Shown: positions 1 to 14,105 of the stretch, one piece after another | Numbering within the stretch: the stretch's first letter is position 1 | Layout of the letters: each line of letters opens with the position of its first letter | Assembly (NCBI GenBank): GCA_951406725.2 | Contig: OX597826.1 | Location: 84,072,001 to 84,136,000 of the forward strand | Origin: Octopus vulgaris | Taxonomy: Eukaryota | Length of the DNA: 64,000 nt | Direction: 5' to 3' | The notes under the pieces: generated by a model | Databases searched by the model: none | Told to the model about the DNA's origin: nothing | Seen by the model: only the letters and a program-made list of their open reading frames with translations | Made by a program: the position numbers and the translations under genes

Positions 1-429
1 TAATTATTTTAGGATGTTATTTATTTTATTGATCTTAGTTTGGGACTTTTGTCATCAAACCACTAAGTTACGATTTTGACATAACGAGATGTGACTCTAC
101 AATGTTTTACACCAATAAAAAATGAACTCAGATGCAGACATATACATAATGTTAATTGCACAGCAAGACGACCCCATAGATCTTAACCATCACTGCATAA
201 GGAAAATTCACAAATAAGTAAAGTTAGGGGAAGTCTAAATGCCTTGCAGTCTTCCCTTAACTTTGAGTTCAAATTCTACTGAAGGTCAATAGAATAATTA
301 GCAGTCAAGGAATGAGAGCAGCTAAATTGACTACACTCCTCCAGTTCAAATGTATACCCTTCTGTCAGTAATGCTAATTCTTATTTTATATTGCTGTTAA
401 ACCTATATTTTTTCCCTCTTTACCAACAG

Positions 430-617
430 CAAAATATTTGTTTTGTTGATGATTCCTTTCTACCATGTCCGAAATCCATATCCTGGTTACCCCAGTATCC
501 TCATATAGTTGAATATGTACAATGGCTGCGACCATCTTCAATATCTTCACGAAGTTGGACTGTCTATGAAAATCCAAGACCTGATGATATTGTCCAAGGA
601 AAAGTTGGTGACTGCTG
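430..617 (+). CDS. CAPN15: Calpain-15/SOL-like protease, first exon in window (catalytic Cys, QGKVGDCW)
   Basis: Acceptor ccaacAG at 428-429, donor GTaaac at 618. Encodes FVDDSF..QWLRP..DIVQGKVGDCW, the start of the CysPc domain; Cys codon at 613-615. Upstream exons are outside the window. Confidence 0.93.
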
Positions 618-699
618 GTAAACAAGAATTCTATTCCGTTCTTTCATTTAACCTTTTTATTGGATTGTGATGATTGGCAGTTTGCTATACTCAATAAAA

Positions 700-1530
700 C
701 CTATCTGTACCCAACCTATCCTCTCAATTCATACTCATAACACACATCTCTTTGTCAGTCTTCTAACTGTGGTACTATTTACTCAGTGGCTGTAATTTTA
801 TGAGAGTAGAACTGTGCATATTTCATCCCTCTTTCGTGCTACCAGTCATCTTTCTTGGCTTCACTTCTTCGTGTTACCCATCCAGCATTTATAATATCAT
901 CTCTTACCACTTTATTTTCCAGTGAATACACCTCTGCCCTGAACAGCTTCTCTTATTTGCCATTGATCTCCCCCTGCCTCTCTTTGCCAATCTCTGTATC
1001 CATTCCTACATGCCTTTTACCATCTCTTTGTCATATGCATCCCTATCTTTCTCCTCCTCACACACTTCACATCATTTTTCAGGTTTTTCATCTAACTACA
1101 GTTTTATTATGCTGCTCTCCACTCCATTCCTCTTTTTGTAATGGCCATTTATCACCCCTCCTTGACCCACTCTTATTTCTTCCACTTCTCTCTCACCAAA
1201 ACTGATATTCATCATTGACTATGCCTTCAACGCTGTTCACTATTTACTGCATTCACCTTTTAACCATGAATCACTCTCCTTTCACACTTGCATGAACCTA
1301 CTTGCTCACCCTTCTCAATCCTGTGTCCCATTTTTCTCTTTATCTACCTTCTTCTTTGAGAGTATGTTCTGACATGTTATCATCTGCATGTTTATCTCTT
1401 TTCAGCTGTGTAGCCATGTATCTTTCTCTGCAGCAAGTCGTTGCTTATGTTTCCCCATCATACTTTAGTCTCTCAACACATGGTGCAAACCATCTATATC
1501 TCCCTCTCTCTACTACTTCACCACTCATTT
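700..1530 (+). repeat. Pyrimidine-rich (CT) low-complexity tract, probably an old LINE 3'UTR
   Basis: Strong C/T strand bias, similar in character to 15090-16020 and 46560-47330. Confidence 0.45.
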
Positions 1531-2007
1531 TGAGTGGGGGTTGTATTGTGAGGTACTTGATGATGCCACAGAAAAGCACTCAGTCCAATTCTCATTCAGA
1601 AGGCTATTTAACCATAGAAACAATACTAAAGCAGACATTGGATGCTTGATGTATTCTGCAGGCGGATCAGATCCTTTTAAAGTTGTAAAAAATTTATATT
1701 AGCAATAGAGGCAGTATTTTAATAGTGAAAAGTAATCTTTATCCCCAGTTAAATGTGGATGTTCTGTTAGAACAAACTATACTGCACTAGATACCACGAG
1801 AGAAACTTTCATATTGGCTTTTGGTGCAAAATGCACTCTTGTTTATATTGCGGGTGGAGAGATAAATCTTCCAGATTGAGACCACCAGATCACATGATTT
1901 TGACCTTCTTTGGTTTTGTCAATGATGAATGCTTGACCGCTAGAGATAGCTGTCCAACCTATGCCAACATGGAAGATGGACATTAAATGATGATGTTGGA
2001 TGTCCTC

Positions 2008-2096
2008 ACATATATATATATACACACACACACACAGAGATAGATATTTATACATATATATATATATATATACACACACATACACCCACATAGATA

Positions 2097-2128
<32 letters not shown>

Positions 2129-2207
2129 CATACACACACACCCACATAGATATTTATACAAATATATATATATATATACATACACACACACCCACATAGA
2201 TATTTAT

Positions 2208-2262
<55 letters not shown>
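2008..2262. repeat. Compound (TA)n/(CA)n microsatellite with higher-order ~45-65 bp units
   Basis: Recurrent cacccacatagatatttataca units separated by TA runs, ending in a long (TA)n. Confidence 0.9.
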
Positions 2263-2265
<3 letters not shown>

Positions 2266-3114
2266 TTTCTTGGCAGCATAATGCCAAAATTGATAGTGTC
2301 AAAGAAAATATCATGTCTCATGTATTTAGGTTTTTTACACTCTGAATTCAAATCCAGAGTCAATTTTATAAACTACCTGTCTAGATAAGGAGATTAAATA
2401 ATAAATGCTTTTTATTTTTAAATACTCAAGCAGGTAAAAATGTGTAGTGAGTGACATGACAGTGACTTAATAAAAAAAGAAGAAAAAAAAAGGCCAGAGT
2501 AAAGTAATTTGTGTTCTTCCACAAAAATTCTAGGACATTGTTCAAAGAAGTTATTGCCAAAATAACTTTAATTACCTGGACTGATTAACCTTATGTGCAA
2601 GAAAAATTTAGAAATGTGCAAATCAACAAAGTAGCAGATGAAATGTCAGTTTCTAGTTTTAGTTTTTACTTGCTGTTCAAATTCCACTGATGTCAACTTT
2701 GCTTTTCATCCTTGCAAGTGCTAGTTCAGGAAAGTGGGCTAGTGAACATGTTAGAGCATCAATGCCTTTCTGAATTTGTTCTGGTTCTTTTAGTTCTGAG
2801 TTCAAATCCCAGTGTGGTCTACTTGAGTGGTAAACTTAATCCGTTGCCTAGCTTAACACCACCATTTGATTCTTGGATGCTTTTAGTGGAGTCAAATCTA
2901 TTGCAAGCAATCTGGCCAGATCTCTAGTTTCCACCCACCAGACCTTGAATCCTTGTAAAGAATCATAAGCACCACCCTTGACCAAACTATAAAGAGATAA
3001 AGATTGTTTGTTACCTTGATGATGCAAGAAAGGGAAGTACTTTTGTTTCACAATTATTCTTTTGTAACATTGTTGTCAATGCTCTTTTTTTTTTTTTGCA
3101 TGTTGTTTTTTAAG

Positions 3115-3295
3115 GTTGATGTCAGCTTTGGCAGTTATTGCTGAACGCAGAGAATTAATTGAAAATCTGATTCCTAGTAAATATAGTAAATATGGTGTAT
3201 ATCATGTTCGTCTCTATCGTGATGGTCAGTGGAAGATGGTTATAGTTGACGATTTACTTCCTTGTGACAGAAATGGGAAACTTGTCTTTTCTAAG
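3115..3295 (+). CDS. CAPN15: Calpain-15/SOL-like exon 2
   Basis: Poly-T acceptor taAG and donor GTaggt. Completes the W codon, then LMSALAVIAER..GVYHVRL..DGQW..VDDLLPC..LVFSK. Confidence 0.93.
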
Positions 3296-5099
3296 GTAGG
3301 TTTCTGGGTTGGTGGGTCTTTTTTCTTATATTTTGTTACAAATCTGTTTCTGTTGCTTTTAAGATTGTCTAGGACTTCATTGTGTAATAAGCATCTTTTT
3401 TAAAAGCATGGCAGGGTATAATTTGAGACATAGTTGCTGTTTCCAGCAGATTGAGTAACCATGTAGGGATACCCTTATTGGCTTAACGTTTTTTGGTGGC
3501 TCTACTGATGCTTGTTGTTGTACAACTCCAAGTCAGCCCTAACTGACCAGATCTGTAATCAAAAGTGTTCCAGCTGTAACTAACTGGTCTTCCGCCAGAT
3601 ACATTGCTTATGTTGAACAACATTTTTCAAATGTGTCCATCTATTTTTAGGATAGTAGATTCTTAAAAGACAGGGTTCACCACTGTTTATAGAAAATTGA
3701 AAACTAATCACCTGGAAGTTCAGATGTTAGTTTCTGTTGATTCTACTAATGTATTGAATTTTTTTCTCTACCTTCAATTCAGTCCTGAAGCTATGTCCAG
3801 AAATATCAGTATTACAAGAATAGCAATCTTGCGTATAGTTTGGTAGTTGTTTCCAGACCATTGCTTCACCAAAGCTCATGCACTTTCTTTTACTTCGTTC
3901 ATTGCCTCAGATTTACAAGGCAAGTTTGGCAGACTAGACAAAAGGGTTTGTCTTAGTTCCTCAATTTCATTTTAAAATAATTGAAATATATTCTAACAAA
4001 ATCTGTGACAAAATGTTGCTTTGCTGATGCAAAAGATCCATATGTATAAGGAAAATTATTCACTTTCTACATTAGTACTAACCAGATTGGAATTCAAGTT
4101 AGTAAAGACAAATAATCTGGAAATATAGTATAAAACTTAGTTTCCATTGAGCTTGAGAACCTGAAGATACAACCAGTTAATGCTGAAATAGGGAAGCACA
4201 TGCTTACTAGCATCACTATTGTATTTAAACCATCTTGGGAAAACTAAGATACATTTCAGACTGTTCTCCTATAATCTTTCATAATTTACAAGGTATTATT
4301 TATAAGAAGTTAATCTTACAACCTTTCTCAGTTAATAACTGTTAGTTGATACTTTCTTTACCATAAGTACCTATATTATATACTTTCTCTGTTTTAGAAA
4401 GTTAATCCGGAAAATGTTTCTTTGCACTGTACTCTGTTTTATTATAGTGTAGGTAGCTATCTTTATTATTATCATTAGTAGTTTTGCTCTTATTATTTCT
4501 CTGTGTAATATAGCAATTAAATGGTTGTAGAATTTAAGCTTTCTTGGGAATTAACTTGACTTTCCCCTTCAAAAAAGTTTTATTGATAATCTTCCTATTT
4601 TAAATGAATAGAATTAATACATCAATAATTCTCCTGTGGTTCTTAGTGGCAAGTTAGAAAAATATGTCTGGAATCAGCTTCTCTTAAAATAACCCAACAC
4701 TTGCTTCACTTTCAAAACAGCAAAGTCATTGCAGACCAGTGATGTACTTGTCAAAAACTTTAAACTGGGCACAGACATCTTATAAGTACTGTTATTTTGC
4801 AGATGTGATTAAGATGTTAACCAAACTATCAACAAAATTAAAGAATACTTTTTACTGCGCAGTATCTTGGTACAAGCTTGGTTGTGTGGTTTAGAAGTTT
4901 ACTTTGCATCTAGTTTCCAGATTCAATCTTACTGCCCAGCACATCTGCAAAGAGTCTTTTACCGTAGTGCTAGGATGATCCAAACTTTGTGAATAAGATT
5001 GTGTGAAAAGCCATCACATGTACTGTACACATTGTTGGATGGTGAGCTTAATCCATTATCTCTATTAACATTATTAATTGGACCTCAGCAGCCTTTTAA

Positions 5100-5900
5100 T
5101 AGAGGCTACTATGTTGCAAATATTCAGACCAGGTCTCTTGACTGAGAATATCATTCTTTTCTTCCAAAAGTCTGTTGCTTACAAAGCTTACATTCTTGGA
5201 TTGTGTATTTGTAGTTTACATTGAGTAGTATATGGAGTTTATGCCTACTCTTTTCTGCAGATTAAACAAGGCCTTCTCTCTGAAGCTACCAGAGTCCTGT
5301 CTTCTTTTATACTTAGTAAAACTTCTGTTTGCAATGTTTTCCTTGAAGCCTCTTGATTCTAGATTTTGCTTCCATGTCAGGAATTTCCTCTCTGATTCCC
5401 CTGTAGATTCAGCTATGAAAATTAGGTCACCAGCTTATAGGAGTTCCTATGGAAAACCAGTTTTAAGCTCTTTGGTGATGGCCTATATGACAATGGTGAA
5501 TAGAATAGTACTAAGGACTAAACTTCAATGAATTCCTACCTTCACATGAAATTAGCCTGAAAATTTAATCATCTACCTAAATTTCTTCACTTTCTGTCAC
5601 TTTTCCCCATATATTTGTAAGTTTTTGAAGTCATGATATGCAAAATTCCTTGGGTTTTGAATTAAAATGTATACTTAATTTACTTTTTGTGTCTCCTCCC
5701 TGTTAGCCATTTATTTCTCTTGTAATTTGTTTTGCAAAGATCTCAGTAGAAAGCCTGATAAAGCAATGTCTAGAAAATATGGAAGGTATATTGGTTTTTT
5801 CCCCTATCTAAACAATTGCAGAATATATTTAGTGATGTGTGTGGTGTAAGTTTGAGTGTTATCTTGATGAAAGTGAACACCCCAGTGTTTTATTCAGGCA
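5100..5900 (-). mobile_element. Degraded RTE LINE RT fragment
   Basis: Reverse strand resembles the RTE segment (FKTGxPWELLYADDL..GLK) seen more intact at 42250-42360. Confidence 0.55.
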
Positions 5901-8480
5901 GAAGAAGATCTGTAAAAAGCTGTCTTCAAATAATGAAATTACTGAATAACTTCAGAAGTGATTATTTAATTTGGTCCTAAAAGCTCAAAATGAATTCTTT
6001 AAATCTAGTTAAAATGTGGAGATTGGAGGTTATGTATATTGAGCACTTTACAGAAGTCAATAATTTGCTGATGGTTTGCTACAGAAAGAGCATGAGGAAC
6101 CCATTTACTCCACTTTGAAACTTATCCTAGCTTCAAATGATTAAGTATGTTCATAATGCTAAGATTGAAATTACTGGAAAGCTCTCTTACTGTAACAGTA
6201 GGATGCCTTGCAAGTGTTTCCTATGGTATTTTGTAATCCAGTTTGGAAGGATATGCTGATCTAATTGAAATTACCATATCATTAATTCCTTTCTACAATA
6301 GTAAATAAGAGATAAAAATATAGATGTCGTATTTTGTATTGAGTACGAAAATGTGGCATAGTGTTGAATGATGTTGATAGATGGATACTATCTTTACCTA
6401 ATATAAAACTTGTCTTAATTGTTGGACAGCCGTGATTAACAGATTAGATGGCAAGCAGAATAAAGTTTGAATAAAAGCCGCCTTTGAACTGGTTTATGAC
6501 ACTATGTCTGAATTTTTCACATCACATTCTGCAAGTCTTCTTATTCACAGCATCTTAACCAGAAGCCTTTTGAATATTTTTCACTGGTTTGTTTATGCTT
6601 GGACCTTAATGATTCATAAAGGACAAGATGTTAAATATTCTCTTTACTTGATTCTACATTAAGTTTTTCATATAGAAAATTTGCACTAAATATATTTGTT
6701 TTTAAATGAGAATTCTTCGTGAAATGGTTAAATGTTTACATACCATTGAGTGTCACTAATATTTATATCATGACCATCCCCCCCATAACCCCCACCCCCC
6801 ACCCCACCCAAAAGAAGACATGTAACAAATTTCACAAGTTCATACTTAGACAGAGTTCTCTTATACAACCTAATACCTTTAGTTCTATGTTGCAAAGTGG
6901 AAAAAAAAAAAAAAAAAAGATAAATTTGTGATTGCCATAGATGTAAGTTGTTTTGCAAAAAAGTTTTTGTGTTTTATTTAAATTGATATGCTAGAATTTT
7001 GTTTGAGTTAAATCTAGATTCAGATTAGCCATACCATTACTCTAGTGTTTGTATTAAAATATTATTTCCAATGATTTAATGTCTCAATTCTGAAGTATTT
7101 TGACTCAGTCTTAACCAAAAGTAGTTTTTTTCCCTTATAATTACTCTTGACATTGTTTTTGTTGATTGGTTATGCTGGTGGTTTGTATTGTAGTAGTGAC
7201 AAGCAAATTTAAGATCTATGACATTACATAAAGCTGTGTTCATCCTATCAATTTTGCTAGGTACAGTGCACTGAGAAACACATTAACTAATATGTTTTTC
7301 TAAGATGTGAGCCTGTGATTTGAAGGAATTTGGCTGCTATTTCTAGCAGGCTGAACAACCAAGTAAAGGCTCTCTCATTGGATTGTCTTGGTGTTACTGA
7401 TACTGCTAGTTATACTAATGAAGAAGACAGCAGTGGTTGTCATATCGGTGCTGATGGTAATGATGCTGCTGAAAATCAGTAATGTCGATGGAAGTGCTCC
7501 TGCTACTTTACCAAAGCTATAGATGAGACCTATAACTCTTTTGTTTATTGAAGTACAATGTAAGTGTTAAACTAGATATAATATATTTGGAGGTATATTA
7601 GCTTGATAAAGCCCATCTTACTCTGAGTTATGCTTACTGGAAATTTCATAAAATAGCTGCATCACTCATGTCATGAAAGCACTGTATTCTTGAAAATCTT
7701 GCCATAATGTACAGTTCCATAATACAGAATAGATTTTCCCATTAATTTCCATGTTTCATGGAAATCAATGGCAAATAGGATTCATGTTATGGAACTCCAT
7801 GACAAGATTTTCTGGAATGTGATGTGATGTTGGTTATTTTACCCTGAAGAGTAAAAAATTCACCATTTCAGGCTTTTGTCTTTCTTTAGGGATCATACAA
7901 TCAGCATACATATATTATTTTGTCTTTTCAAAGAACAAATACCTGAAATATTAGCCTTTCCACCCATTATTATGGTCGGCTAACAATTGTACTTTATGTT
8001 TATCTACAAACTGTTTTTGGATAAATTTTTGATGACTTAGTTCACCATTAGATTCTTTGGATTTAGGATTTTACTAGAGGAACTGAACTCTACACTGCTA
8101 GCTAATGAAAGACAATTGTTACAATATTGCAGCTTTTTGTAGTAGTCAGATACTCTTATCCTTTGGTACCACTGTACATCTGTATTGACTTGGCGATCTA
8201 AGAATTGTCTTGGTCATAGCTATAACACCATGCCAGTTATAGATTATAAATCCTTGATCCCTAAGCTACATATAGGAGTCAGTCATTTTTTAAATCTAAC
8301 CCTTCTGCCTCAAGTCTGCTTTTTCCATAGATCTTGATTCCTACCCACATTTTCTCTATAAAAATTATGGTCATTGTAATTTGTTTTGGTTAATGAATAA
8401 AAATGTTACAATCATCTATGAAAATGATAAACAGTCCAAAAACCAAAATTTCTATTTCTATATTGATTCTTTAATTACAG

Positions 8481-8628
8481 GCTGATCGAAATCAGCTGTG
8501 GGTGCCATTGATTGAAAAAGCCATGGCTAAATTATGTGGTTGTTATGAAGCTTTGGCAGGTGGCACCTGCCATGAAGCCTTACAGTCTCTCACTGGAGCT
8601 CCTTGTCTAAAGATCGACTTAGAATCTG
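8481..8628 (+). CDS. CAPN15: Calpain-15/SOL-like exon 3
   Basis: ttacAG / GTtagt. Encodes ADRNQLWVPLIEKAMAKLCGCYEALAGG..LTGAPC, matching the calpain LW..L.EKA.AKL motif. Not in the ORF track. Confidence 0.93.
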
Positions 8629-8999
8629 GTTAGTTTCTTTAAATGTTCTTTTCTCTTTTAAACACTGTTACCAATGCAAGATGCATTATAGATTTACGTA
8701 CATTTGTAACTTAATTGTTCCTGTATGTTTATCATTTATTGATCATCTATATTTGTCCATTTATCTTATGTTCAAATTCGCTACCAGCATAGGTCAAGAT
8801 GAATGTATTATTGGGATATTGTTTTACAACTGGATGATTTTCTGTTACAAACCCTTACATGTTTCTCAAGAAAAAGATTTTATTCCACGTCTTTAGAGGC
8901 ATAAAACCAGTGGATGATTTACTGAAAGTGAAAATGACATTTATTATCAATGCTTGTAGCTGTGAGGGATTTTCAGAGAAATGCAAATGTAAAGATACA

Positions 9000-9165
9000 C
9001 ACACACGATGAGCTTCTTTAGTTTCCATCTACCAAATCCACTCACAAGGCTTTGGTCAGTCCAAAGCTACAATAAAAGATACTTTCTGTAGGTGCCAAGC
9101 AGTAGACTGAACCTGATACCATCTAGTTAGGAAGTGAACTTCTTAACTACATCACTATGCCTACA
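9000..9165 (-). mobile_element. tRNA-head SINE, 5' half
   Basis: Reverse complement of the SINE at 62659 (accaaatccactcacaaggctttgg). Confidence 0.75.
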
Positions 9166-9354
9166 TCTATATATTTATGTATATTTATAATTTGTCCATC
9201 ATTTGTAGAGCTTCATGTTATACACTACTGAATTATAAAAACATTACTTCAAAATGATATGAAAGATGTCTTTCAAATGAAATACCTTCACTGATTCTTT
9301 GACGTATCATGTATGATCACGTTTGCCAGTTAACCAACTATTTCTGAATTAAAA

Positions 9355-9730
9355 ACAGTGATGTTTAGGCCTCACCAAGGAAATGACTTTAGGGACTCAC
9401 CAAGGAAATGACTAGCGACCGAGACTTTTGGAAATATGCTATGCTTGAGAAGACCCGGCAAGCCAAATGCGACCATAACCTGTGACCTATGCCTGGAGCG
9501 TAACCAGCCCACTTATGTGTACCTTTTCCTTCTTTGGTCACTAAATTTTGCTTGCGAAGATCTGTTGAGGCAAGTGAAATCGAAATCAAAATCAAATTCG
9601 ATGACTGGCATCTGTGCTAGCAGGGTGCAAAGAGCACCATACGAGTGTGATTGTTGACAGAGCAACAAACTGGTTTCCATGCCAGTGGCACGTAAAAAGC
9701 ACCATTCGAGTGTGATCGTTACCAGCGTCG
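9355..9730 (+). mobile_element. RTE LINE 3' fragment (family 1)
   Basis: Encodes LTKEMTSDRDFWKYAMLEKTRQ and carries the 3'UTR shared with 43140-43400. Confidence 0.85.
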
Positions 9731-10062
9731 CACATACACACATACATACACACACACATGCATTCACACATACATTCACACACACACATACATATACACA
9801 CATACTTACACATACTTACACACACACACACATACATACATACTTACATATATATGACGTGCTTGGAGGTAGTGGTGATGCTGGCTGTTATGATTTTGTG
9901 GTTTGCTGGTATGCTGAGAGAGATCCAGCGCACAATCATATGCATACAAACGTACACATACATGCACAAACATACACAAACACATACCTAAAGAGAGAGG
10001 CAGACAGACAGACAGATAGTCCACAACAAAGTTTTCACCTCTCTCTCTCTCTCTCTCTCTCT
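9731..10062. repeat. (CA/TA)n, (GACA)n and (TC)n microsatellite cluster
   Basis: Directly visible; it generates the spurious His/Thr and Val/Cys ORFs. Confidence 0.9.
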
Positions 10063-10070
10063 CCCTCCTT

Positions 10071-12810
10071 ACCTGTTGCTTTGTCACTGACTGGAATTGC
10101 TTTTCAGTTGGGTTATTCTTTGCTCCACTGTGAAAGATTGTTTTTGTGCTGAAGTTTGTGAAAATTTACCGTTTTGGTCATCGAGACCACTTCTTTTCTG
10201 CTGTTACAGCAGAATTTTGCTGTCCTTTCCTCCTTGTTTCAAGGAGGAAACAGCTAAAAACATGAATTTGTCACCAACTTCTTCCGCGTCCAAGGAAAAC
10301 TTTGAAATTTTGTTTCAAGGCATAGAGAGGAGTATGAAGGAGGAGAGCGGTAAAGATACAGAGGCGTCACACGCGCTCGTTACAAAGGCAGACGATAAAA
10401 TGTCTAGCAACGCAACACAGGAGGGAAAATCTAGAGTTAATTTTGCAAGTGCAGCAACTCGCTTCTGTGAAAATATTGAAATAAGCAAGGAAGATTTTTA
10501 AAAAATATCAAACTTTATTACAAAAGGAAGGTGAAAATGTGAAGTTGCTCCCTCCCAGTGAATTAATCAACACGACGGAGAGAAAAACACTAATATATAA
10601 GACTTACCACGTCAAAAATAGAAAAATTGACTTTGTGATGAGGGAAGCAATAGAGAAATGCTTGAGGCCAATATGGCAACAAACAAGTTATATATCGAGG
10701 GGTAGTCACTGTAGAAGTGCGTTTCCTCAGCGAAGAAAAAGCCAGGGAACATTCAACAACGACATTGAAGTTGGAAGATTTAGTTCTCCTGCTGACTTAC
10801 TAGGAAGGAGAACTTCAAAAGTCAGAGTCAGTGATATACCACCCGAAATAGATGTAGCCTGGCTGGTAGCTGCTATCCTCATGGATAGAGAGGAAAAATT
10901 GCCATTCTACAGACAAAGAAATACCACCACATGAACTGGGTTGGACAAGAGTTAGAGCTCGTCATTCAAGCAAACCCCATAGATTTAGAAGAAATTCCCA
11001 GTTCAATTATAATTGGGGAAGATACCAGCCTGATGTTGGTAGTCGAGGGGCGAAAGCCAAGGTGCTATAAATGTGGCAAGAAAGGCCACATAAGGTCAAA
11101 CTGTAAGAAGAAACAAAGAGTCAAAGGAAATGCAGCAGAAAAGGCAAGCACGTCACCGAAGACAATCACGACACTGCTAGAAATAGCAGCCACATTGTGT
11201 GCACAAATTACCGAAGTACAGCCGACAATGGGAGAAAACAACAACAACAACCAGGAGTGGGTCACCGTGGAACCTTCAAAAAGAAGACGGAAACAAAAAG
11301 ACCCCCCCCCTGTTCGGATACACAGGATTATGCTCCAAGAGAGACAAGCACACCCACACAGACAAATACAGCCACAAACACACACACTGGAAAAAGCACT
11401 CACAAACACACAGGCACCTACCACAAGCACACACACACCTACAAACACCCACGCATCTACAAGCACACACACACACACACCCCCCTCCACAATCGCCTAA
11501 TATAACTAAGAGAAACAACTTTACAGCGATAAACAAAAATAACAAACACTTAAGAGACCAAATCCTTTTAATAAAGTCAGCAAAAAAATATATCGCAACA
11601 GATTTAAATAGTACAATTCTTGCAAATGTCAAGTTTTATACCATCGGCAACACAAACTATTTCGAACTAAAGAAATCTTTTGCAGAGGACGTCAGCCCGT
11701 TACAGATGAACTTTTCAAGCCATCTGTACAGGCAATTCTCTAAAAAATGACCTCACAAACCACAACACTTACAGACAGAAAAGAAGAGGGTGAAACTACA
11801 CCCTCTCTCCCATTAAAACAGTAAGTTTTAAACATACGATTTATTTTTCACATTTTCATTTAAACTCGGTTGTTTAAATGTACGCAGCCTGGGGTCGGAT
11901 TGGAAGCAAGGCTGCCTCCTTGACAACCTTGGGTCACATCGTTTGGACATAGTTGTAATTACCGAATCCAGACTGAGTGGGCTGCAGGCTTTTTCACCCC
12001 TTCTAAATGGCTATGAGAAATACGTTTCTCCCTGCCAACCGGAAGGGGGCAGAGGAGTGGCAGTGCTAGTCGGGAAAAATCTGAATTTAGAGATTAGAAC
12101 TGTCTTTATAGATCCAGAAGGCAGGTTGGTCATTTTGGATGTGACGCACAGCAGTGGTAAAGTGTTTAGGCTGGTTGCTGTCTATGCTCCCTGCGAAGGA
12201 AAAATCGGACAGAAAGATTACTTCAAAAGCCTAGAGAATTTCCTCAGCATGTCGAATACTTTAGTATTGCTAGGCAACTTCAACACAATTTGCAATGCAC
12301 ACGTAGATTATGTTGGCTTGAGAAAGAATAGGATGGGATACCCTCACCTCAACAATCTGCTAAGTCATTTGGAGTTGGCAGATCGATTCAGACTGGACCA
12401 CCCACATGTTCTAGTGTGGACCTGAGCAAGAAACAACGGGTCAGCCAGATCTTACATAGATAGAATCATTACTAAAAGGAAAGATAAGAAAATACTTAGC
12501 TGTCCACAACACCATATTGTCAGCTACAGTGATCACAAATTAGTGACCTGTAGCATGTGTAGACGAGGTACCGGCTACTGGAAGCTAAACAAGTCGCTAT
12601 TGGACTAGGAAGCAGATTAGACAGTAATGAGGGCGTTAACTGGATCCATTATCAACAACAAATGGTGGTACACTCTGAAGAGAGTCATCAAATTTGAGTC
12701 GATTAGGTTTAGCGAAGAATTAGCTAGTGTCAGAAACAAAGTAGAAAAGGAACTAGTTAAAGCAGCAGACAAGGCAATGAGGTCAGGTGGTGCATCGAAA
12801 GTGTTAGCTA
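10071..12810 (+). mobile_element. L1/Tx1-clade LINE: 5'UTR, ORF1 and ORF2 endonuclease, 3'-truncated and pseudogenised
   Basis: ORF1 fragments with a gag-type knuckle CYKCGKKGHIRSNC. ORF2 APE motifs LNVRSL, ITESR, VYAP, GNFN, IDRI, SDH and the L1/Tx1 GYWKLN motif. Frameshifts and stops present. Confidence 0.9.
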
Positions 12811-12946
12811 TCTGTCTCGCTCTCTGCCTGTCTGTCTTTCTAGCTGCCTGTCTAGGTCTCTGTTCTTCTAGCTCTTTGTGTGTCTATCTAGCTGTCTGTC
12901 TGTCTCTCTGTCTGTCTGTCCGTCTATCTAAATAATAATGTCTGTA

Positions 12947-13035
12947 GTGACGTCATTTTCCAGTGTGCGCACATGCAACGTCATTCTTCAGTGTGCGTGT
13001 GCGGAACGTCATTCTTCAGTGTGCGTGTGCGGGGC
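12947..13035. repeat. ~28-bp tandem repeat x3
   Basis: acgtcatt(c)ttc(c)agtgtgcg.. occurs three times. Confidence 0.8.
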
Positions 13036-14056
13036 TGGAACCTTCTGGAAAGGCCTGAGGAAGTTCCCTCATGCACATGCGCTAGAGACTGGGGAAGAAA
13101 ATTCTATCGCGTTCCTTGTTAGTGTCGTTGACTTGAGACACGGCTATTGAAGAGAAAGGACGTGTTAAACGTGTGATCAGCCATTCTCCTGTTCCAGACG
13201 CTTGAGATTTGACCTGCTCTGTTGCTGCTGAATTTGTTGTAAGAATCTTACAAATGTTAAAATTCAGCCTTGCTATATTGAACCAAGTGGATACCAATAT
13301 ACCAACGTGCTTGATTTGTAAATAAGAGAATAAAGAATCATATATATTTTTAAAGTTGCGTTTTGTTCCTGACTGGTAGTTTCTGGAAAAAAAAAGAAAG
13401 GAAATTGTGTTGCACCCAGGTTTCACCCCAAAAAGTGTAAAGAATCAACCAGTTCCCTTTACATGTCTAAACAAGTAATGATATTTTGAATGCGTTTACT
13501 ATGCATGTTTCAGATTGTTGTGTAATAGCAAAAAAAAAAAAGAACTCTGAATTCATCTCTTTTGCAACACCTTCAGTTTACACATTTCAAAAAATAAATA
13601 ATGCAGTTAAATCTTCCCTTTGTCTCTTTCACTCTCTGTAGATATTCTACCACTTCTGTGTCAACCTTCCATCGAGTAGGTGATTTAAGCTGCCCTAGAG
13701 CATATGTAAATTTAGTCACTATTTATATTTTGGAATGTCTTACCTGAAGGAGGTGTTGTGTAAGAGATAAATTTTTTGTTTATATTATGCAATTATCTAA
13801 AATGAGTATATCAAAATGCATTCAAATTATTACTTGGTTGACTTCATTGTTATCTGTTAAATGAATGACTCTATAGCAGTACAAGCTACTTAGTCTTTAC
13901 TCCATTTACACAGATGCTCTAACAAGGATTTGGAGTGGTTTGTTTTATTCAAATTGTAAAATTCTTACTCCATGCATCGCTTCTAAGTAAGACACACATG
14001 TGCATACACACATTTACATAGAAAAATTCATGTATATTGTTTTTCTTTTTAAATAG

Positions 14057-14105
14057 AAGACGAAGATGAAGCATGGGCCTACTTGCTGAGTTCTTGGGAG
14101 TCCAG
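14057..14105 (+). CDS. CAPN15: Calpain-15/SOL-like exon 4 (49 nt)
   Basis: aaatAG / GTatga. Encodes EDEDEAWAYLLSSWES. Phase 1 in, phase 2 out, which joins exons 3 and 5 in frame. Confidence 0.88.

Noticed and set aside
391-429. ORF-track start of the calpain at 391
   Set aside because: It is a TTG within an intronic pyrimidine tract. A proper acceptor lies at 428-429, so the true N-terminus is upstream of the window.
855-1649. Leu/Ser/Pro-rich ORFs (also 15174-15754 and 46542-47265)
   Set aside because: They are by-products of stop-poor CT-rich tracts, with no motifs and no fit to the exon chain.
9513-10152. His/Thr-rich and Val/Cys-rich ORFs
   Set aside because: They are translations of (CA)n/(TA)n microsatellites.
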